Numbered from the stretch's first letter, positions 1 through 9,342 are shown. The stretch: 64,000 nt of DNA from an uncultured Chloroflexia bacterium (GCA_963713975.1 OY970218.1:2208001-2272000); one strand, 5' to 3'. The notes: generated by a model from the sequence alone, not told the origin. Program-made: numbers and translations.

Positions 1-53
1 GCACCGAGACCGTGGCTGGGGGCGTCGTCGTGACCCGTGGGCATGGCTTCCAA
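1..53 (-). CDS. 5' end of a gene running off the window (possibly a MarR-regulated transporter)
   Basis: AAAGGA SD then TTG GAA GCC ATG CCC just after the MarR stop; frame stays open to the window edge; product is a guess from context. Confidence 0.35.
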   Translation of the reverse strand, partial: MEAMPTGHDDAPSHGLG

Positions 54-67
54 GAAGGTTCCTTTCG

Positions 68-640
68 TCAGGCGCCGACGGGGATGTCGCCGGGGGACGT
101 GGCCTTGGCCGCGGGGCTGTTCGCGCGATCGTGGTCACAGGTGGTCGGGGCGGCATAGCGGTCCGGGTCGCTGGCGATCTCTGCCTCGACGGCGGTCCGC
201 AGCTCCGCCGTTGCGGCTGCAAGTTGTTCCAGCGCCACGGTGGACATCCGCTCCAGGGCGGCCCGGATGATGTCGCTTCGCGTGAATTCGGCCTCGTCCA
301 CGAGGGCAAGGCCGGTGGCCGTCGGTCGCACCAGCACGATCCGCCGGTCGTCCGGGACGCGGACCCGCTCGACGAGCCCGCGTTCCTCCATCCGGTCGAC
401 GATCCCGGTCGCGCTGGACATCGAGGCGTCCAGGATCTCGGCCAGGCGGCCCATCGGCATCGCGTCGTGGTGACGGAGCAGCGTTAGGACATGGAAATGG
501 GTCATGCTGATCCCGAGCCGCAGAAGGCGCTGGGACCCCACGCAGCGGAGCGACCCGACCGCATGGCCGAGGCCGGCGATCGCGTCCTCCGCGGCCCGGA
601 GGCGGGCGTCCTCCACGCTGGAGGTGATAGTGGTTCGCAT
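68..640 (-). CDS. MarR family transcriptional regulator
   Basis: wHTH signature LAEILDASMSSATGIVDRMEERGLVERVRVPDDRRIVLVRPT. Confidence 0.92.
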   Translation of the reverse strand: MRTTITSSVEDARLRAAEDAIAGLGHAVGSLRCVGSQRLLRLGISMTHFHVLTLLRHHDAMPMGRLAEILDASMSSATGIVDRMEERGLVERVRVPDDRRIVLVRPTATGLALVDEAEFTRSDIIRAALERMSTVALEQLAAATAELRTAVEAEIASDPDRYAAPTTCDHDRANSPAAKATSPGDIPVGA

Positions 641-649
641 GGAGTAAAG

Positions 650-678
650 TATTTACGCCAAGTGAATAGTCCTGTCAA
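650..678 (-). promoter_or_regulatory. marR promoter with overlapping inverted-repeat operator
   Basis: TTGACA on - strand (678-673); TATTTAC-N5-GTGAATA inverted repeat at 650-668 in an AT-rich patch. Confidence 0.55.
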
Positions 679-711
679 GCAGGACTGTTTGCCCGATACG
701 GAGGATCGCTG

Positions 712-1677
712 GTGCGCATCGCCCTGATGATCGAGCCCCAGATGGGCCTTACCTACGACGAACAGCTGGCGATCGCCCGACGCGCCGAGGCTGCGGGCTT
801 CGAGACCCTGTTCCGGTCCGACCACTACGAGAGCTTCCCGGGTGAGTCCGGCGGGCACACCACCGATGCCTGGGCGGTGCTGGCCGGCCTGGCCAGGGAC
901 ACCGCGACGATCGGCCTGGGCGTCCTGGTGTCGCCGGTCACGTTCCGGACACCCGGCAACCTCGCCAAGGTCGTGGCGACAGTCGACGAGATGAGCGGCG
1001 GGCGCATCGAGGTGGGCCTCGGGGCCGGCTGGCACGCGGACGAGCACCGGCGTCACGGGTTCCCGTTCCCGGAGATCGGGGAGCGGGCAGAGCAGCTGGA
1101 GGAGACGCTCGAGATCCTGCACGGCCTGTGGGACGAGCCCGACGGCTGGTCCTTCACGGGCAGCCACTACGCGGTCGAGGACGCCCTCTTCTACCCCAAG
1201 CCGGGTGCATTGCCGGGACGGGATGGGCGACGCCCCAACATCCTCGTGGGCGGACAGGGCACGCCGCGCTCGTTCCGGATCGCCGCCCGGTACGCGGACG
1301 AGTTCAACCTCTCCTCCACCAGCCCAGATGGCGCGGCCGCCAAGTTCGCCCAGCTCGACGACGCGGTGCGGACCATCGGGCGTGAGCCCGGATCGCTCGT
1401 CCACTCGGTGATGGCGGGCGTCCTCATCGGCCGTGACGCGGACGAGGTCGCGCGCAGGCAGCGCGACCTGATGGCGGTGTTCGGGAGCGACGACGCGGAA
1501 TCGGAGGCATGGATCGAGACCCGTCGCCCGCGCTGGGTGCTGGGCACGCCCGAGGAGGCGCGCGAGGTGGTCCGCCGGTTCGCCGAGATTGGCGCCGAGC
1601 GGATCATGCTGCAGGACTTCCTGCCCCGTGACCTCGACATGATCGACCTCGCGGCCGAGGCGCTGCTCGGTGCCTGA
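712..1677 (+). CDS. LLM-class (probably F420-dependent) oxidoreductase
   Basis: FRSDHY, DAWAVLAGLA, SPVTFR.PG.LAK, SGGR.E.GLGAGW motifs; GGAGG SD. Confidence 0.9.
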   Translation: MRIALMIEPQMGLTYDEQLAIARRAEAAGFETLFRSDHYESFPGESGGHTTDAWAVLAGLARDTATIGLGVLVSPVTFRTPGNLAKVVATVDEMSGGRIEVGLGAGWHADEHRRHGFPFPEIGERAEQLEETLEILHGLWDEPDGWSFTGSHYAVEDALFYPKPGALPGRDGRRPNILVGGQGTPRSFRIAARYADEFNLSSTSPDGAAAKFAQLDDAVRTIGREPGSLVHSVMAGVLIGRDADEVARRQRDLMAVFGSDDAESEAWIETRRPRWVLGTPEEAREVVRRFAEIGAERIMLQDFLPRDLDMIDLAAEALLGA

Positions 1678-1716
1678 TGGCCCGGGATCAGCCCTCGGAC
1701 GGGCAGGGTGCGGGGA

Positions 1717-2955
1717 TCAGCCCTCGGCTGCGTCCGCCAACTCGGCCGCTCGCAGGTAGACCGGGTCGTCGCGGCGGATCGGGTCGGGGTTCGTGCCGCA
1801 GGCTTGTGCGATCGCGAGCGTGACCAGCTGGATCGGGCCCGCGGCCCCCAGGAGCGAGGCTGGAGCGTTGGGCATGGTCGGGTGCTCCGGAACCACGATC
1901 CGGCCGGCCGGCGTGAGGTCGGCCGGGATACGGGACGCCGCGTCAGCACCCAGGATCGCCGCGCAGCGGACGCCCGTCGCCGCGGCGGCCGCGAGGGCCT
2001 GGCGGGCGCGGCGGGTCCGTGCATCGGGTTCGCCACGCTCCAGCAGGACCAGCACCAGTGCGGTGCCGCTACCGGTCGCCGGCAGGTGCCCGTGCAGGAA
2101 CGTCTCCAGGTCCCGCATCGCCGATGGCACCCAGGCCGCCTCCTCCACCTTGAGCGTCAACTCCCGGGCGGTGACGCGGTCGGCACCGGACCCCACGACC
2201 AGAAGGTTCGCGGCGGAGGACACGACGGCACCGATCTGCTCGCCGGGACGCATGCCGTCCGCTGCGGCCGCATGTGCCGCCTCGATCCCATGCGCCAGCC
2301 GGTCTCGGAGCCGATCGGGATTGGGCGTGCCGCCGGCCAGGATGCCGGCCGTGACGGTGGCCGCCGCGAGCGGTGAGGTGTAGCCCACCGTGTGGCACCA
2401 GCTGCGGTCCATCTCGACCGTGGCCAGCACGATATCGGCGGCCGCCGCGGCAGGTGCCCCGGCACTGGCCGTGACGAGGGCCGTGCGGGCTCCACGTGCC
2501 CGGGCCGCCTCGAGTGCAGCGATCGTCGCGGCCGTGCCGCCCTCGTGGCTGATCCCGATCACGAGGCCGCGGTCCGGCGCGTCCAGCGCCAGCTCGAACG
2601 CCTGGACGGACACGGGCCCCCACCCGGGCAGCCCCGCCGCCCGCCATCCGTCACGCAGGATCGCGGCCGTGCCCATCGCGCCGTGCTCGGAGGTGCCGCA
2701 GCCCGTGACGATGACCGGGTCGCCGGCCGCAGCAGCCTCGCGTATGGCCGCGGCGAGGGCGGCCGCGGAACCATCGGCGGCCAGCGCCGCGCCGATCCGC
2801 GCCGCCAGCGCCGGTTGCGCGGCGATCATCTCGGCCATGGCCCACGGTGGCCCGGCGCGGAGGGCGGGCATCGGGAGGTAGTCCCAGGGTTCGGGTGCCC
2901 CGGTCAGGGGCGCGTCGGGGTCGAAGGAGCCGAGGGTCGCGCGCAGATCGTCCAT
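1717..2955 (-). CDS. SIS-domain sugar isomerase (GlmS/FrlB-like)
   Basis: TGCGTSEH, ISHEGGT, ELTLKVEE and ETFLHGH motifs of tandem SIS domains. Confidence 0.85.
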   Translation of the reverse strand: MDDLRATLGSFDPDAPLTGAPEPWDYLPMPALRAGPPWAMAEMIAAQPALAARIGAALAADGSAAALAAAIREAAAAGDPVIVTGCGTSEHGAMGTAAILRDGWRAAGLPGWGPVSVQAFELALDAPDRGLVIGISHEGGTAATIAALEAARARGARTALVTASAGAPAAAAADIVLATVEMDRSWCHTVGYTSPLAAATVTAGILAGGTPNPDRLRDRLAHGIEAAHAAAADGMRPGEQIGAVVSSAANLLVVGSGADRVTARELTLKVEEAAWVPSAMRDLETFLHGHLPATGSGTALVLVLLERGEPDARTRRARQALAAAAATGVRCAAILGADAASRIPADLTPAGRIVVPEHPTMPNAPASLLGAAGPIQLVTLAIAQACGTNPDPIRRDDPVYLRAAELADAAEG

Positions 2956-3036
2956 CGGGCGATGGTAGGGGAGGGAGGACGGGTGATCGTCGGCTGTCCC
3001 GCCGGGCGGCCGTACCGGTTCTGCCGGGCGCGGCCG

Positions 3037-3588
3037 TCAGTCCGCGTCGCGACCGCGCGCCAGCAGGTCGGCGGGCGGGGGCCCGATCCGCCCGATGCGC
3101 CGGGCCGGCCCGTACCGGAACCAGGCACGGCCCAGCAGGGCATCGATCGGCACGGGACCGTAACGGCGGGAGTCGTTGGCTGCGCCGTGGCCCGCCGCCG
3201 CGAGACCCTCGTCGGTGGCGTCGCCCAGGAGCCACGCCTCATCCTCGGCGAGCTGGAGCCAGCCGTCCGCGAACGGCACCCAGTCATCCGGCCGGGCGGC
3301 GACACGCTTGATCGCCAGCACGTCCGTGAACGGCTCGCGGAAGACCACCACGCTCCCGCGGCGCGGCCAGCGTGCGACGGTCGGGTCAACCAGGAGCCAG
3401 TCGCCGGGCTCGATCGAGGGCCCCATGGAGCCTTCGACGACGGTGACCCGCCACAGGCCCCTGAGCCCACGTGGGCCGCCGCCAGCCCGCGCGCGGCCGC
3501 GGGTCACACGCCCGCGATCGCCACCCGCCGGCGTCTGGCCAGGATGCGACGAGGCCCCGTCGTGGGACGGGGCCTCGGGGTCAGGCAT
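3037..3588 (-). CDS. sodX: S26-family peptidase, NiSOD maturation protease
   Basis: GSMGPSIEPGD, IKRV and NDSRRYGPV motifs; immediately downstream of sodN. Confidence 0.85.
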   Translation of the reverse strand: MPDPEAPSHDGASSHPGQTPAGGDRGRVTRGRARAGGGPRGLRGLWRVTVVEGSMGPSIEPGDWLLVDPTVARWPRRGSVVVFREPFTDVLAIKRVAARPDDWVPFADGWLQLAEDEAWLLGDATDEGLAAAGHGAANDSRRYGPVPIDALLGRAWFRYGPARRIGRIGPPPADLLARGRDAD

Positions 3589-3598
3589 GCCGGCAGGA

Positions 3599-4030
3599 TC
3601 AGCCGGGGCGTCCGGCCACGCGGGTCTTGCCCTCGCCGCCGGTCACCTTCCAGGCCGCGTCGACCTCGTCGATGAGGTTGAGCAGCAACTTCGCGTCGGC
3701 GAGATCGGTCGACGCCTTGACCTTGCTGACCTGCTTGTTCGCGTTCCAGAAGAGCTCGTGCAGGTTCGGCACGGCCTCAAGGTGCTCCGGCTTGAAGTAG
3801 TCGTGCCACAGGACGTCGAGGTGGTGCTTCACGAGGTCCGCGCGCTGCTCCTTGATCGCGATCGCGCGAACGCGGAACGCCGGATCCTCGTTGGCCGCGT
3901 ACTTCTCGACGATTCGGTAGCAGGACTCCGCCTCGATGCGAGCCTGCTCCGGGTCGTAGACGCCGCACGGGAGGTCGCAGTGCGCGTGCACCACGGTCCG
4001 CGGGGCGACGATGCGGGTGAGGATGGACAT
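3599..4030 (-). CDS. sodN: Nickel superoxide dismutase precursor
   Basis: Ni-hook HCDLPCGVY after a short propeptide, plus VKHHLDVLWHDYFKP; GGAGG SD before the ATG at 4030. Confidence 0.97.
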   Translation of the reverse strand: MSILTRIVAPRTVVHAHCDLPCGVYDPEQARIEAESCYRIVEKYAANEDPAFRVRAIAIKEQRADLVKHHLDVLWHDYFKPEHLEAVPNLHELFWNANKQVSKVKASTDLADAKLLLNLIDEVDAAWKVTGGEGKTRVAGRPG

Positions 4031-4143
4031 GTGTGGACCTCCGGGCAGTGGTCGACGCGGCGTTCCGTGGTGGTGCGGAGCCCTGGCGCCTCTGCTCGAA
4101 GTGTCCGGGTGCGGTACGAGGACTGTCAAACGTCCCCGCTGGC

Positions 4144-4173
4144 CTTGTGCGTCAAGGACGGTTGGTAAGTCCT
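4144..4173 (+). repeat. Left TIR of element A
   Basis: CTTGTGCGTCAAGGACGGTTGGTAAGTCCT, exact reverse complement of 6879-6908. Confidence 0.95.
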
Positions 4174-4219
4174 GCCCCGTCCGTGCCATAGAACCTGTCG
4201 CAGCGGTCGGGCACGCTCC

Positions 4220-6163
4220 GTGTCGATGGACGTGGCGAGCACAGGACTGGGCAGGACGGGACGACCGAGGCTCGTCGTCGCCAACCGCCCGACGGCGTGC
4301 TCGAAGGGACACAAGGGCAGCATCACGCTGTGGGGTAGGCGCGACTGGACGAGCGCGCCCTACCGCCGCCAGCGGTTCCGGTGCGTGCCCGCCGACGGCT
4401 CGGGTCCGCACACGTTCTCGCTCGGACGCCGCCGCCCGAGTGACGCGCACGGAGCGGGCGAGGAGTGCCTGACCTGCGACGTGAAGCCGGGCGTCGCCCA
4501 GGGGCCGATCTCGCCGCCGGACCACCTCCACACGGCGGTCGAGATCGCGCGCCTGCTCCAGCTTGTCGCGGAGGGGACCTCGCTGCGGAAGGCCAGCCGC
4601 ACGATCCGGCTCGAAGCACACCGCTACGTCGAGGATGCCCACGGGTTCCGGCACACGAGCCGCCAGCACACGCTCGCCGCCCGCTACCTGGACCTGTTCG
4701 GCACCGCGATCGATAAGCATCTCGCGCCGACCCGGTGCCCCCGGATCCTGATCCTCGATTCCAAGCCGCTCAACCTGCGGGCCTACGGCGCGGACGACCT
4801 CGACCCGGCGTGGAACCGCGAGGAGCGCGGCGGCGCGGTCCTGATCGCGGTCGGCGGCGACGACCCCAAGCAGGCGATGCTGCCGTGGCGGATCGGACTC
4901 GCCCCCGACGAGACAGGGCGCTCGTGGTTCGACTTCCTCGACGAGATCGACCCGGACGGCCCCGGACCCGAGTGGGTGATCGCGGACGGCGCGGGCGCGA
5001 TCGCCAACGCCGTGCAGCGAAGGTGGCCCAATGCCAACTTCTACTCGTGCGAGTTCCACCTGCGCAGGCTGATCAAGGAGCACGCGCGCAGCGACGGCAT
5101 CGACCCCGAGCACGCTGGCCACGCTGACCTCTTCCGCAAGGCCCAGTGGTCGAACCACAACTGGGACGCACTCCGGGCGTTCGCCGTCGCACGGCAGGCG
5201 GTCGCGCTCGACGGCTGGTGCCGCACCAACGACGCGCTGATCCGCCAGCAGGTCGGGCTCCACCGCCAGTTCTTCGGGTTCCCCCGCAGCAACGCCGCCG
5301 CCGAGCGGATCCTCGACTGGATCGACCGCCGGTTCGGGAAGCGCCGGCGCTACTCGCTCCGCAACGCAGGCCGACTCCAGCTCGTGCTCGCGCTCGTCCG
5401 CGCCTACCACGCGGGCCAGGCCGACCTCGCCACCTTCGCCGGCATCGTCAAGGCGACGATGCGCGACCTGCGGCCCGACCAGCACTTCGCCTGGACCTCA
5501 CGGCACGACCCCCGCGGCTCGCTGTGCTCGATCGGCCAGCTCATCGTCGATGCCCACGACCGGGCCGCGAAGGGCAAGGCGACCTACGACGCGGCGGCGA
5601 AGGCGCGCTCGGTAATCGCCAATGTCGCCGCTCTCAACGCGTCGCTCGCGGAGATCGGCCTGCCGCCGATGGAGGCGACCGTCGCGCCCGGTCGCGCGAC
5701 GGCCTCGGTCAAGGTGAAGGGCAAGATGCTGACCGACTTCCCGCTCGTCCTGCGCGACTGGGACAGCGTGGCGAACAACCGACTCGCGTCGTCGGTGAAG
5801 GCGGGTTCGGGCTACAAGGCGCACTGGAAGTGCCACAGGTGCGGGCACACCTGGGAGGCCGAGGTCGCCCAGCGCACGGCGCGCCAGACGCGCTGCCAGC
5901 GGTGCTCGACCGAGCGGGCCGACGGCCTCAACGCGCTCGCGTCCATCCGGCCAGACCTCGTGCGCGAGTGGGACACGGCGGCGAACGCGCCGCTGCGCCC
6001 GGACAGGATCAAGGCGACCTACGATAAGGCGGTGCGCTGGATCTGCCCCGACGACCCCGAGCACCCCGGCTACAAGATGTCGCCCTTCACGCGGGCGAAG
6101 CTGCCGGTCGGCTGCCCCCTGTGCCGGCGACTGGCGAGGAATCGGCTCAAACGCGCTGCCTGA
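4220..6163 (+). CDS. Mutator/IS256-like DDE transposase with C-terminal zinc-ribbon repeats
   Basis: ILILDSK (D1), WVIADGAGAIANAV (D2), CEFH (CxxH), RSNAAAER (E); C-terminal WKCHRCGH..RCQRC and PDLVREWD..WIC..CPLC (DUF4379-like); exact start uncertain. Confidence 0.8.
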   Translation: MSMDVASTGLGRTGRPRLVVANRPTACSKGHKGSITLWGRRDWTSAPYRRQRFRCVPADGSGPHTFSLGRRRPSDAHGAGEECLTCDVKPGVAQGPISPPDHLHTAVEIARLLQLVAEGTSLRKASRTIRLEAHRYVEDAHGFRHTSRQHTLAARYLDLFGTAIDKHLAPTRCPRILILDSKPLNLRAYGADDLDPAWNREERGGAVLIAVGGDDPKQAMLPWRIGLAPDETGRSWFDFLDEIDPDGPGPEWVIADGAGAIANAVQRRWPNANFYSCEFHLRRLIKEHARSDGIDPEHAGHADLFRKAQWSNHNWDALRAFAVARQAVALDGWCRTNDALIRQQVGLHRQFFGFPRSNAAAERILDWIDRRFGKRRRYSLRNAGRLQLVLALVRAYHAGQADLATFAGIVKATMRDLRPDQHFAWTSRHDPRGSLCSIGQLIVDAHDRAAKGKATYDAAAKARSVIANVAALNASLAEIGLPPMEATVAPGRATASVKVKGKMLTDFPLVLRDWDSVANNRLASSVKAGSGYKAHWKCHRCGHTWEAEVAQRTARQTRCQRCSTERADGLNALASIRPDLVREWDTAANAPLRPDRIKATYDKAVRWICPDDPEHPGYKMSPFTRAKLPVGCPLCRRLARNRLKRAA

Positions 6164-6818
6164 TCCGGGCGCGCGCACCGAGCCGTGCGAACACCGCTCC
6201 GAACGTGACAACGAATGACAGGACGAGGGCGATGGCGGGCTGCGGCCCTCCACTGTCCGGCTGTTGGGGAGTGGTCGCAGTGTCAGGAACCGGACTTCGC
6301 TCCACCAGTGCGACGATCTCGGACAGGGCCGTTGCCCTCCGGGCCGCCGCCGGCCAGAACGCCCGGTCGCGGCCCGACTGAAGGGCCTCCGCAGCGAAGG
6401 ACCAGGCAACCCCTTCCCGACGCCAGATGAGGATCTGCCCGAACAGGCTCGGGTTCTCGACGAGATCAAGCCGGTCGAGCGCGATAAAGACCCGATCGCC
6501 CTCTCGCAGGCCCGCAGGCCGGAGGAAGCTACAGCCGACATCCCACCCGTTGAGTCGCAACTCGTCCCGGACGCGGCCACGGTATGTCTTCTCGACGGTG
6601 AGTTCGACGTGCCAGTCGAACGGTGCCGAGTCGGCCATCGGCGGATCCACTGTCCGGGAGACCTCGGCGACTGTCGCTATGAAGGCGACCTTGACCGGAA
6701 TGCGATCGTCGCGGCTCGGCGGAGGGGGCCAGCACTCGGCGCGAACCGGCGTGATGGCGAAGAGCAGGAGCGCGACGGCGCAGCCCCCAGAACCGATGAT
6801 GCTCCGGCGCGACGGCAC
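6147..6818 (-). CDS. Secreted, C-terminally anchored protein (passenger of element A)
   Basis: GGGAGG SD before GTG at 6818; signal peptide ending VRA-EC; PDTAT motif followed by a TM helix and basic tail. Confidence 0.75.
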   Translation of the reverse strand: MPSRRSIIGSGGCAVALLLFAITPVRAECWPPPPSRDDRIPVKVAFIATVAEVSRTVDPPMADSAPFDWHVELTVEKTYRGRVRDELRLNGWDVGCSFLRPAGLREGDRVFIALDRLDLVENPSLFGQILIWRREGVAWSFAAEALQSGRDRAFWPAAARRATALSEIVALVERSPVPDTATTPQQPDSGGPQPAIALVLSFVVTFGAVFARLGARARIRQRV

Positions 6819-6878
6819 CAAGATCCTCCCTGCGATCGATCGCTCGTGAGACGCTACGGGTCTGCGCCGGGTGACGCA

Positions 6879-6908
6879 AGGACTTACCAACCGTCCTTGA
6901 CGCACAAG
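6879..6908 (-). repeat. Right TIR of element A
   Basis: AGGACTTACCAACCGTCCTTGACGCACAAG. Confidence 0.95.
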
Positions 6909-6950
6909 CCGCTGGCGCGATCGTCCGTCCGCTCTCGGTGGACGAGCCGG

Positions 6951-7511
6951 CTAGCGAGCCACGCGGTAGCGCAGGTAGACGACTCTCGAGCTGAACGTGT
7001 GCGTCTCGAGGAGGTCGAGATCGACCCGGCGCTCGTCCCGTGGAAAGTACGGGATGCCACCGCCAAGCAGCACGGGGTGGACCCGCGGCCGGTACTCGTC
7101 GATCAGGCCCAACGCCGCCGCCTAGACGGCGAGCGTAGCGCCGCCGATCGCGATGTCGCCATCGCCCGGCTCGGCTCTCAGCCGCTCGATCTCCTCCGCC
7201 AGGCCGCCGGTCGCCAGCCGGGCATTGCCCTCGACCGCCGACAACGTCCTGGAGAACACGACCTTTGGGAGGGGGTTCCACAGCGCGGCCCACTCGCGCT
7301 CCGCGTCGTCCAGGGATGGGTTGTGGTCGTCTTCCCAGTACAGCATCGTCTCGTACAGCCGACGTCCCATCAGGTGGACGGAGACCTCTCGGAGTTCGTC
7401 GATGAAGGAGCGGAAGACTTCACCGTCGGGCACCGTCCAGTCGAAGCCGCCGTCCGGCCCGACGATGTAGCCGTCCAGCGAGACGCCTATCGAATAGGTC
7501 ACGCTGCGCAT
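6951..7511 (-). pseudogene. DHFR/RibD-C family protein with internal amber stop
   Basis: SLDGYI..PDG and MGRRLYE motifs; TAG at 7122-7124, then in-frame GLIDEYRPRVHPVLLGGGIPYF...VYLRY to the stop at 6951. Confidence 0.85.
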
Positions 7512-7657
7512 CAGGAGTCCTCCTCAGCATCGGGTTCGAGAGTATGACCGCCCGACGCCGCAGGACGCATCGCGGGCTCCCGGTCATGGGCGATGGGCGC
7601 CGACTGCGACGGTGATCATCGCCGACCGCACGGCGCCGGGCGGGTATCATCGCCGCG

Positions 7658-8932
7658 ATGAGCGATCGAGGGCTCCCCCCCGAGGGCGCACCGGCCTGTC
7701 CGTTCGTCGCGTTCGAGGACGACCGCGACGGCCGGGCCACGGCTCCCGACCATCGGCACCGCTGCTTCGCGGAGGCGAAGCCCGCCCCCCGCGCGCTGGC
7801 CCACCAGGAGGCCTACTGCCTCTCGTCGGCGTTTCCGGTGTGCCCCACGTTCCAGGACTGGGCCCGACGCGAGGCAGCCGCCGCGCGGCCCACAGCCGCG
7901 GCGCCGGTCGCAGCCGTCGTGGCCGCTCCGCGTGACGAGCCGCGCGACGACTACCCGCCGGTCGACCCGGTGCCGCCGGCGCAGGTCGAGCCGCCCCGTG
8001 CCGCTCCCGTGGCGTCATCGGCGATCGTCCCGCCCCGTCGCAACCCGCCACGGGACTGGGCCGCACCGCCGCCATGGGCAGGAGACGAGGCGCCAGCTGC
8101 GGACGTGCCGAACGTGGCAGCCTATCCGCCCTCCTACGAGCCCGGCGCCGTGCCGGTGCAGGCCGCCGACCCCGACGACTGGGGCAGTGCCTCGCGCGGC
8201 CTCGCGGGCAGTGCCGCCGATCGCCTCGCGGGTCCGGACCCCGATCTGCCGGTCGCCTATCCGGCCGACGACCCGGACGGCGATCCCGACGCCTGGGCCG
8301 CCGGGGCCGCGGCGGCCGGCGGGTACGCGGCCTCGAGCTCGGCCACCCGCGACACTCCTCCGCCCCGCCGTGCCCAGCCTTCGCGCCGGGACCAGCGCAG
8401 GTCTGCCGGGTCTGCGTCCCGCAGCGAGGACGCGAAGACCCCGTCGCAGGATCCGTCGGAGCTGTTTGGCCCCGCTTGGGAGCGTCCCCAGCGCTACGAC
8501 GCCTACCCCTCGCTGCGCACCCGCATCGGCCTGCCGCCGATGCGCGGGATCCCGAGGTTGGGGATCTACGCCCTGATCCTGGCCACGGCGGCGCTGTTCC
8601 TGTTCTTCGTCGGGCCGTCGCTCCTGGGGATCAGCCAGGGCGACCAGGGTGCTGCAGGCGCATCCCCGACGCCCGCCGCCTCCGCCGACGCGACGGACTC
8701 GCCGCTCCCGACGGAGCCCCCGGCGCCCACGGCCCAGGTCTATATCGTCGTCAAGGGCGACACGATGTCGAAGATCGCCAAGAAGAACGGCGTGACGGTC
8801 GAGGAGCTCCTGGCCGCCAACAAGCAGATCAAGAACCCGAACAAGATCAAGATCGGGGATGAGATCACGATCCCGGTGCCCGTCCAGGACGACACCGGTG
8901 ACGGGACGGTGGAGGACTCGCCGGTTCCCTGA
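7658..8932 (+). CDS. Membrane-anchored LysM domain protein
   Basis: C-terminal YIVVKGDTMSKIAKKNGVTVEELLAANKQIKNPNKIKIGDEITIP; one TM helix; Pro/Ala-rich linker. Confidence 0.88.
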   Translation: MSDRGLPPEGAPACPFVAFEDDRDGRATAPDHRHRCFAEAKPAPRALAHQEAYCLSSAFPVCPTFQDWARREAAAARPTAAAPVAAVVAAPRDEPRDDYPPVDPVPPAQVEPPRAAPVASSAIVPPRRNPPRDWAAPPPWAGDEAPAADVPNVAAYPPSYEPGAVPVQAADPDDWGSASRGLAGSAADRLAGPDPDLPVAYPADDPDGDPDAWAAGAAAAGGYAASSSATRDTPPPRRAQPSRRDQRRSAGSASRSEDAKTPSQDPSELFGPAWERPQRYDAYPSLRTRIGLPPMRGIPRLGIYALILATAALFLFFVGPSLLGISQGDQGAAGASPTPAASADATDSPLPTEPPAPTAQVYIVVKGDTMSKIAKKNGVTVEELLAANKQIKNPNKIKIGDEITIPVPVQDDTGDGTVEDSPVP

Positions 8933-8982
8933 CGAGCGCGGCCGCGAGCGGGTGTCCCGGTGCCCTCAGCCCGGGGGGATCG

Positions 8983-9318
8983 TCAGCGCGAGAACGGGGT
9001 CAGGTTGATCGAGGTGATCTTGCCCGCCTCGACCCGGAACTGGGCGTCGAGGTGCTGGCTGGGGGCGCCCGGACGGATCACGACCAGGTCCGCCTGGTAG
9101 GTGTTCCCCATGTCGCGGACGTCGCCCGGGATCATCTTGAGCCCCTTGTCCGCGCGCAGGAACCAGCCGCCGACCTGCTCGACACCGCGCAGGGTTCGAG
9201 CGTTGTCACCGACGTGGATGCGCATCTCCGTGCGCTCGTCCATCAGGGTCACGGCGCCCGCGACGTCACCCGCGTTGAGGCGCTCGAAGAAGATCTCCAT
9301 GGTGTCGGTGGCTCCCAT
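8983..9318 (-). CDS. NTF2/SnoaL-like protein
   Basis: FFERLNAGDVAGAVTLM..LRG...FRVEAGKITSI pattern. Confidence 0.7.
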   Translation of the reverse strand: MGATDTMEIFFERLNAGDVAGAVTLMDERTEMRIHVGDNARTLRGVEQVGGWFLRADKGLKMIPGDVRDMGNTYQADLVVIRPGAPSQHLDAQFRVEAGKITSINLTPFSR

Positions 9319-9342
9319 GGCCTCGAGTGTACCCCGCGGGCC

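Larger units (their letters stand above)
4144..6908 (+). mobile_element. IS256/Mutator-like element A with passenger gene
   Basis: Perfect 30-bp TIRs (4144-4173 and 6879-6908) flanked by the 8-bp direct repeat CCGCTGGC (4136-4143 and 6909-6916); contains a DDE transposase. Confidence 0.92.

Noticed and set aside
3599-5485. 628-aa ORF ending in the SodN sequence, suggesting a fusion
   Set aside because: The upstream part is antisense to the transposase and crosses the TIR; sodN has its own SD and ATG at 4030
4144-6908. RNA-guided (TnpB/IscB-like) component in the IS elements
   Set aside because: No RuvC/HNH motifs seen and almost no non-coding space in either element
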